This document shows positions 38,999 through 47,569 of a DNA stretch of 47,569 bases, one piece after another. The number at the start of each line of letters is the position of its first letter. Within the stretch, counting starts at the first letter, position 1. The stretch is from the NCBI GenBank assembly GCA_910592345.1, contig CAJVPI010000163.1, positions 1-47,569 of the forward strand, written 5' to 3'. The position numbers and the translations under genes were made by a program. This DNA is from Paraglomus brasilianum. Lineage: Eukaryota. Below the pieces are notes generated by a model, which was not told where the DNA came from, ran no database searches, and was given only the letters and a program-made list of their open reading frames with translations.

Positions 38999-40239
38999 TT
39001 GTAAACTCGGCCTTTGCGAATATGTTATTTAATTAATATTTATGAGTTTACGCTTACCTCTCTGGTCGCCGACACTGTTATTGCGAATGCATTTCTTCCC
39101 TTAATTTCCTCGTGTACTATTACTGTCTTTGTTACGAAAATTAATTATACATAAATATTAAATTAAATGTGCCTTATTCTTGTATTAAAAATAAACTCTT
39201 CACAAACGATGGACGTGATGGAAGCACGCTCGTATAGTCGGTCAATTCCTAGGGGATGTCGAAAAGTGGAGCGATTACCGAGGTAAAGACATGAAAAGGC
39301 TAAAAGAGTTGTTGCATTCGAGATAATAATTTAAAAGTAGATGATATCGCTGTCTTTATCAACTGCACCTCAATTCAAGGATAGACTTTTCACGGCACCA
39401 AATCTGCTTTATTTTAAACATCAGATCATAGCAATGCACACTCAAAATAAAAAGATATGCTTTCTTTGCTTCTAAGATCGCTAACAGCACCCACCAAATA
39501 CGCTTTGATAAAAAGTTCTAAAATAGCCGTCTTGGCAATTCACTAACAAACATTACCTACTTTAATAATGCCTCAACTACCAATAATTTCAAAGCATCTA
39601 ATCTATCGAACAACATACGATATCTCCAATCAACAATAACAAACAATTCGGCTTAAAAAGCCAAAAGAAGAAGAAATACAAACATATGTACAGAATTTCG
39701 TATAATTGAGACGAAGAGGGACTTTGATATCGCAAGCAAAACACGAGATGGAAATGTAAGGAATTATTTACAAAAAATCTTCAAGGGGGAAAGAAGAGGG
39801 AGAATAACGAATGGACGCAGAAAAAAAAAGAGTCGCTTACGCTGTTGTACTGCCTTAAAATGACAATAAATCAACAATCAAAGCTGCTTATTATAAATTC
39901 TAACCGGTAACTAAAATGTTTCTAAATTTGCATTAATCTTTCCATATGTCAAGTTATAAAAACTTTGATCTGAGATAGTATCAATTGACAAATCTCGTTA
40001 CCAAAGGTCTAATATTATTAAATCGAAGCAAATTAAAGCTTAAATACATATTTGGAGCATTTACGAATATATATATGTACACTTTGACCACAGAAGACAA
40101 TGCCAAAGGTAATGAAAGGGGGGGAAAGCTCAATTCAACAAAAACAGGGAACACACTAAATCCAATAACAAATTTGATCTCAATTAGCACATTGATACCA
40201 TCAACATGCCGCATGCCCGTTCAATCGGTCGACTTGTTC

Positions 40240-41871
40240 TCAGTAAGCACATCCCAACTCTTTAGCAAACCAATCCAAAAACACGACATGATACAACCCC
40301 TTCCACTTGTGCAAAAACTTTGGCTGCAAGAAATTATGACTCAATTGATGTTGCCAAGAGATAATCTCGACCTTCCAGCCTCTGTCCAATGCCATGACGA
40401 TACATTTTCTAAAACCACCTTGGAAATACTCTCCGTCATTCCCATCCCCCGATGCCAGCACCAATGTCGCGGGTGGGTGATATTCTAATAAACTTTGAAG
40501 AATCTTCAAGTGCAACAACTCATCCACACATTGCTCTCGCTCAATAGGCGTATACTGTCCGCGACGGCGAGCGTCATGCGTCTCGTCTGAATTGGGTTTC
40601 ATGACCCGCTTTAATATGGAGACTTCGTAACCAGCCGCCTGGGCTTCAGTCAAGTCCTGATGAAGCGGACTAGAGGCTACGAGGACCTTGCGCGTTACAT
40701 TGCGGCCGCGCTCGAGGATTGTGAATAGGGCATCGTAGGACAACTTTGGTTGATTTTGTGCTTCCGGATTTACACTATCAATAGGGTTGACAGCATTGCC
40801 GTTTGCTTTTCGTGATTTAGAATTCCTAGCAATTTGTCCGCGGTAATAAGAATAGAATCCCATGAGAATGTTTGAATTATCGATGAATACGTGAATGGGA
40901 TCTGTCGACAATCGAATTGGAATAGGAATCGGTGTTGCATTTCCTGAAGGTGGAGTAGGTAATACTGGTTTAGGCTTCTGCTTTTGTTTTGGAGACGAGA
41001 TGACTGCTTGTGAAAATGTTGGTGTAAAGTGGACGACTTGCGGCGGGGAAGAATCAAAATGGACTTTTTTGTGTTTTTCCTAAAGAAATCAGAGAAAGAG
41101 AAAATATGTAATCAGTAAGTTATAAAGTCTTTTGTACACATAGTTTTAATAATTGCAATAATGTAGGGCATGCGTAACAAACTATTTCAAACTTGGTTAG
41201 CAAGCATTCTTCAAGACACATACCATTTTCTCTTCCCCGCTCTCATCATTCTCTTTCCCACTCTGATCCTTCTCTTCCGTGTTTCCTTCGCTCGCTTCCT
41301 CATTCTCTTTCTTTTCCTCTTTCTCGATTGCTTCCTCTTTGTCTGCAATGGAAATTCTCTGTGCGTTTCCTTTTTCCGCTTTTTTTAGAATTCGTTTGTT
41401 TTCATTCTTTTCCTTTTCCTTGTCTTTTTTATTTCTGTTCTTCTGCTTATCTTGCTGGTTTCCGTTTCCGGTGGAGTTTCCGGTGGAGTTTTCTATAGCC
41501 TTCTCATCCTTCTTCCCACCCTTCTTCTTCTTCTTCTTTCTCTTCCTCTTTCCATTCGCACCTTCTCTTTTCTCTTTCTCGTTACCGCTACTTATATCGT
41601 CTGAAGGGTGAAGCAATACTCTAACCCTCTTCTGTACAGCTTTCATTGTTCGTTCTATCATTTCCTCTTCTGAGGAGTATTCAGAGGACGAAGAGTGTGG
41701 TAGCTGAGGGGGGTGTGAGGAAGCTGTGGGAAATAAGCTCGATATGTCAGCCGAAGGATCTATAGCTAGCCATTTCTGTTTTTCCGACTCCAGATAATGC
41801 AACAGTGTTCCGAAATCACCAAGGTTGGGTGCAGGCGGTGTTGGGGAATAGCGCGGGGAGGGCGAATTCAT
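40240..41871 (-). CDS. NYN/PIN-fold (LabA-like) putative ribonuclease with Lys/Glu-rich N-terminus; 2 exons (41871-41224, 41079-40240), about 495 aa
   Basis: HVFIDNSNI, EQCVDELLHLKIL, LVLASGDGNDGEY and GWKVEIISW motifs; phase-0 GT-AG intron; basic run KRKRKKKKKK. Confidence 0.85.
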
Positions 41872-42779
41872 TGTAATTGTGTAGGTAGGGATGAATATGT
41901 TGTGAATGGTGTATGTTATGTATGCACTTCAAAAGAGTTGCTTCAGTTGTCTATAAATCGGTATCAATAGCAATTCTTTCACTTTCTCTGTATACTACGT
42001 TGGTGTGGTTGTTAAGATAAGCTCTCTTCATTTGGGGCGTTCTGCGACAGACCAGACAATGTGTAAAGTAGCGCCACATAAATATTTCAGGGGCTAGGCG
42101 CCACTGACCTGTCTCACCCTGTACCAAATAAGTGTGAATAATCCCATGTGGAGCGGACTGCGGAACTTTCGTAGTAGGGAAAATTTAATTTAAAAAGGAA
42201 AATCATTATCGACATTTAAAGAGAATTCATGTCACTGAGTTTAGAGACTTTTATTAACTAACTGTATGAGCTGCTGCGGACGTTGGTTATAGGCGTCAAC
42301 ACAATATTGACCGATTCCACATATGTTTATCAATATTAAAGAAATATTTATTATTCTTATTATTCTTAGTAGCCGAATAGCCAATGCATGGCATATTGGT
42401 GATTTGCGGTGTTTTATGGTCAATTAGTGTGATGCAACGATAATGATGACACGCGGGAATGCACCTGTCCTACCTGTCGAAAAAGTGACACATCATTTGG
42501 ATTCCGCACAGCTACGCATCGTAATAGTCGAAAAAGCGACATGCGTGTCGAAAAAGCGTCAAACCAATAATCATAGCAGTAGTTGGACGTTGCTAAAATT
42601 AGATCAAATAGTAGTTCGAAAGACATAAAAGTTGGTCACAGTTTCCTCTGCATGTATTGTAGATAGCTTTAGCGAGCACCTTGTTGTAAATCCTTCGCGA
42701 TAGTAGTTGGTACACAGCAGGGTATATATAGTTATCGCATATTCTTACACACTTTTTATGGGAAAAACGACTAAAGCCG

Positions 42780-43160
42780 GTGGCTAAAAAAAGTCTATTA
42801 GTCAAATTCAACATCATTCTCTAAAGAAAAATTATTGTCTATTTCACAGCCATTATCTAATTCATCATCAACTAAAAACGAATTATCATCAGAATTTACA
42901 TAATCTTTTGCTATCCTAATGGTTTTCTCCATAATCCAGTAATAACCTGCGAGTTTACCTTGTAAATTAGCAAACCAATATCGAAGATATTGACAGCGAA
43001 ATATAACGTTATTTGATGACTCGTGTAAAATATTCCTTTTTTCACCCCGGCCAAAGTAGTAACCTAAACTGTGTAACATACGAAGAAGTTGCCACTTAGA
43101 AACTTGGAAATATTTATAAGCACTACCGATCTTTTTTTTTTTCAATCGCTGGAAACATCA
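42780..43160 (-). pseudogene. Decayed transposase-like fragment
   Basis: VSKWQLLRMLHSLGYYFGRGEKRNILHESSNNVIFRCQYL resembles the winged-HTH/linker of IS630/Tc1-like transposases; the frame is broken by stops and shifts. Confidence 0.5.
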
Positions 43161-43229
43161 TAGAAAAGTATGCAGAATGATAGATATAGTATTGCTTTAT
43201 TACATACAAAAAATTTGACGTTGATTTTG

Positions 43230-45460
43230 CTAGTAGCGATTGAAACCTCTTATATTGAGGTATCTACATTTATGGACCATAACAATGTTGTGATGAATCG
43301 TAAAATAACAATTATCGTTATAGTTTATATATTATCATTTGTTAGGTTCTTCGTCTTTTTTTAGGGGATTATTACGTTTTCGCCTCAATCTTGCATGTTT
43401 GACTTTAAGTTCCGAGCAATAATCTGTAAGATTGCTCAATCGGTGCTGTAAAATCAAATTGATAAGCATGGTGATATGTATATTAGTAAGGAAATAAGTA
43501 AATAACAAACCTCTAAGGAACGCAACATCACATGCACTGGCTCATATGCTGGTGGCGTTGATGCAGGTAAAAATATTTTATCAATTATTCCAAAACGATA
43601 GATTCCATATGTCCGTATATCCATCGCATAAAGGTTCATCTGTAATCCTGTGATATAAGAAATATCTTGTTGATAATCTTTTTTCAGAAATATCCATACG
43701 TTCATTCTGAAAAAAAAAATACCTATTACTTGACATCCAAATACGACAATTTTCATATAATCCTCAGGTAATAATCCAGGAAATGTCTTTATTATTCTGT
43801 TGATCATATCCCGCATTCCAACCATTATTTTTAATTTATCGATCCAAATTTTCTTAGGGCATCCTGCTGGAAGTCCGCCTGAAACTTCGCATATAAAACC
43901 TTCTAGGACTGGTCCTGTTGGCAAAGTAATGATTAAATTTGTTTTCTGACCAATACGGGCACCGTCATCGTTAGGATCTTGACTTGCTACTAATTGCTGC
44001 TCACACCTAAAATCAAAAAATAAAATGTTAAAATGAAATTAATAACATATAATCTGAACCTTTGAAATTTACCAAAGTTTTCGGAACTTTTCTTGATTTT
44101 GGTCTATACTCATTCTAAAAGCAGGGGCCACAATGTGAATCATGAGCTCCCTTTCATTAATCGGCAATTTAAGATGCTCAAGGTATGCTTTTAATATTGT
44201 CAAGTGCGCATGCAATATTGGTGCCTTTTGTTGTGCCTTTAAATCCTATTAAATAAAAGATTTCGTATAATTAATGGAACAAAGATAATGACTAAATGGA
44301 TATAAAACTGTTATTACCTCGATATTGTCAAAAAAATCAATTTCGGACTGGTCAAGTTCCACCATTTTCCATGCTATATTTAATTGGAAATCATTTACAA
44401 GCTCGTCCCATTTTGAGACAAACTTTTTCTTTGTTGGCTTGTGCTGTCCAGTCAAATCAAGAACCCCCCAATACTGTGGACTTCAGTGAAGATTGTAAAT
44501 TTCATAAACAAATTCTCTTGCAAAATCATTATACAAAGATAATACTTACTGAACTTCGGGACTTTTTTTCGGCAAGGAATCACGTAGGGAACCAAAAAAT
44601 TCCACAACATCAATATCATCGATTTTGAAGGAATTCCAGCTATTAATCACTGAAATTGTAGGCGTCAGGCATGCCGGCATAGTTTCTTCCTCTCTTCCAA
44701 TTAGTTCTACGTTATCCATAAGACTGTTAAAATAATCGGGATCTTTCATACAAGTCGATTTATTGTCAGAAATATGATCGTCATCATTTGTATCTTTATC
44801 ATCATTGTCATCACTTGTGATATAACAGGTATCTTCTTGTATTTCGAGAGGCATTGATTGTTGTGCCTCTGTTCCTGATGGGGCAGAAGGTTGTAAAAAA
44901 GCCTGGAGATTATTTGTCTGTATAACGACATTAACTGATTTCTGAAAGAAGACCGTGTCAATTTGAATGTTCTTATTTGCTACAATATAAGTTTGAATGC
45001 ATATTAACGTACCTCAACCACAGAATTAATGATTATCTTATTTTCGAGATTCCTTTTAGCATCAAAAAATTCCCGACACGACTGTATAATGGCCTTGCCA
45101 GACAATGACTGTAATAATAGAAATTATGAGCTAAATTCAATCTAGTATCAATAAAGCAAGGGAAAGTGACAAAAATACCTTTAACCATTTTACGTGATTA
45201 TCACAAAACGATCGGATCGATAACGGAATGGAAGATAACTTGTTTATACGTTTGAGGCTTTCTATGAAGTTTGTGAGTATTTGATCGAAGGTAAGATCAC
45301 TGTCTGGGCCTTCGATAATATCATTAATATAGGTCTCCAGCGACCACTTAGAAGCTGGGAACTTCTTAAAGAAATTGTTAACGTTGCGTGTTTTCAGTGG
45401 AATAAGAAAGTTAGAGAACTTAGAACCCATAACTCTTGGCTCAGGACCTATGGATGACAT
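43230..45460 (-). CDS. Multi-exon lineage-expanded gene with probable PD-(D/E)xK nuclease-like C-terminal domain; possibly a pseudogene
   Basis: Exons with GT-AG ends; C-terminal part GEQQLVASQD...GQKTNLIITL..EGFICEVSGGLP...WIDKLKIMVGMRDMINRI...VFGCQVIG|LQMNLYAMD..IYRFG; apparent frameshift at the C5 run near 44464-44468. The 3' end is uncertain. Confidence 0.6.
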
Positions 45461-46189
45461 TTTGAGAGAGAACGCGGAATTCAAAAACTGTAAAATTGTT
45501 TTTTATTGATGTCGAGCCAAATGTCACGGGAGAGCGGAATGACACGTGACTCGTAAGGATTTTTACTAAGAGTTGAACCAGACTGTCAGTTAGTGACCTT
45601 TCGTTTAGGCTTTTACGCTGACGGCACTTCCGTTTGCCGGATCGCGACACTAAATCCTAGATAGTTAATTGCTCTCGAGATAATTAGTAACGACTATCTG
45701 CCGATGGATTATTTCCGTTTTAAAATACGCCTAATTATTAATGCGTTATACTCAACAATTAATTATCTTAATTCGCTACTCGGGACAAGAATCGATTATT
45801 CTTCTCCGATATAGGGATTTGTGATTTTAACTATGTCGAATAATAATAATTCAGGGAAATACGTAAAATAGTTTGTGATCAGAGTAATGCGATACTCGTT
45901 TATTGATAAGATAATAAAGAATCGGGAAATAATAATAATAAAAGAACTTGAACACTCGAAACACACCGAAACTAGCTGACTCCTACGCTGCTTTTATATC
46001 TTTCGAACTACTAATTGTCGCAACGTATTTCTAAACTACGATTATTGGTTTGTTTCATCTATTAATCGCCTCAACCGTTACGCAAAGATCTGCAATATCT
46101 GCCGATCGAAATCTCTAAAAAAACTTCTCCAAGCGTCTCGGTACTTTTTTGCAACGGTCGTTTGAAAATCAAGTTATTGAATAAGGTGT

Positions 46190-47100
46190 CACTCAAATAC
46201 ACTCCACGAACGTCCGGACAGAGTTGATGTGACAGAAGAAATAAAACTAGCTATAAGTCTTGTCTCCCAAAGATATTTCTAGCGGCATGGACGAGTATTA
46301 TCCTAATCTTACACAAAAACAAGTATACTATTGGTGGACGCGACAAGTTCAAGCTTCGTATAAAAAGGATAATGACCAGCTATTGTCTGCTAAAATGTTG
46401 TTGGAAGAAACTCAGTTCGATGTCCTTTTGTTTAACTGCGAGGCGGGTATAGATTTGTAACAAATTTTTTCAATCAGTTAAAATCCAACAGCGAAGTAAT
46501 TTTTGAGGCAACGTGTAAGCAAAAATTAAAACATTTATTCTAATATTAATTGTTTTTAACTCCAACAAAAACGATGATGTTAATACTTTAAATTTTTCTA
46601 TTACTTATAGACAAAACAAATGCACTAGGATTTGAGCTGTATGCCGTCATTAATAGTTTATCTCTTTTTGGATAACTCGAAAAAAGAAGATGGTGTTCAA
46701 ACCTCAATTCTTTCCGATTTTTTTAATGCCTTACATTCGAAGGAACTACGTCCGGACTTCTTTCTTACAGACAAGGACTGGGCACAAATTAATGCTGCGA
46801 GTCGAGTTTGGCCTTCAACAAAGATTCAGTTATGTCTTTGGCATGTAAAAGAGCAATTGGAAAAAGGCTTGCAGACAGTTTGATTTCGAAAAGAAATAAT
46901 TACAATGCTTGCAGCAGCAAAAGCAGATGCTGATTTTATCGACGAAAATTTCCATCCTTTTGTCATCCGTTCAGAAGTCAACTGTGACCCACGATTATGC
47001 CCCAAAGAATTCCGCGACACAATTCTGGATATGATAGTTTATCATTTTCACATTCACTCCATGATACCAAATGACCAAAATCAGTATTTTACAGTGGAAA
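46190..47100 (+). mobile_element. Degenerate Mutator-like (MULE) transposase with an intron
   Basis: LTQKQVYYWW, EAT|YKTNALGFELYAVI (D-x-T-Y-K-T-N motif split by intron about 46514-46610), FFLTDKDWAQINA, KIQLCLWHVK and HFHIHSMIP; several frameshifts. Confidence 0.85.
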
Positions 47101-47569
47101 TCTGGTTTACATCTGTGTTCAAAAAGATCTTCGAAATGTATGGGCATACATGTGGACAAATTCCTGTTGAAACGGTCTATAAACTCGTCTCGCTTGTACC
47201 CGAATTCAGTGATTTACCAGAGAGTCTTATTCAAGAAGTGTCATTGACCGTGAAAATCTTAGAAAAATTCCAAAAGACTTCTCACTCTATTAAGCATTAT
47301 CAAGCTTACGAAAAAGAAGAAGGTTTTATGAAAAATCTTAACGCTGTTAAACTTAACATCGTTGAAAAAGAAGATAGTAGCAAGAAAGGAGACGCTAAAG
47401 AAGGAGAAAAATCTCTTGCAAAGCGCATTGAGCAAATCACGGTCGAAAAAGACTGAAGGAGCTAGTGTTTTAATTTAATGAGGATTTATGTTAATCAGAT
47501 AAGTTAGTCACATGATAAAATCTTCCTCCGCAGTTAAACAAACCCATGATCGGCACTAATTTTAGTTTA

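Noticed and set aside
41170..41611. Phe/Ser/Leu-rich 'membrane' ORFs on the + strand
   Set aside because: Antisense shadows of the Lys/Glu-rich exon of the NYN gene.

Overview
Intron-rich, AT-rich eukaryotic nuclear DNA from a fungus, most likely an early-diverging Mucoromycota/Glomeromycotina lineage (inferred from gene content, short GT-AG introns with CTRAY branch points, and the transposon families present). Recognisable genes on the + strand: an OXR1/TLDc protein, a group III (cAMP-type) G-alpha, a class V myosin, a bZIP factor, a polyQ low-complexity protein, a UDP/dTDP-glucose 4,6-dehydratase with an in-frame TAA, and a 4-exon acidic uncharacterised protein. On the - strand: HIR1/HIRA, a NYN/PIN nuclease-domain protein, and a multi-exon gene with a probable PD-(D/E)xK-like C-terminus. 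Intergenic DNA holds many decayed DNA transposons: Tc1 derivatives, nested pogo-like elements and a MULE. The most unusual region is about 18.5-20.1 kb, a patchwork of foreign-looking fragments whose frames read through only if TGA = Trp. It contains an IS630-like transposase tail (possible Mollicutes-related endobacterial origin) and two convergent fragments that resemble mitovirus 5' ends. Other points of interest are a 5-nt micro-exon in the G-alpha gene and a GC-AG intron with competing acceptors in the bZIP gene. All exon structures were derived by eye and no database search was run.
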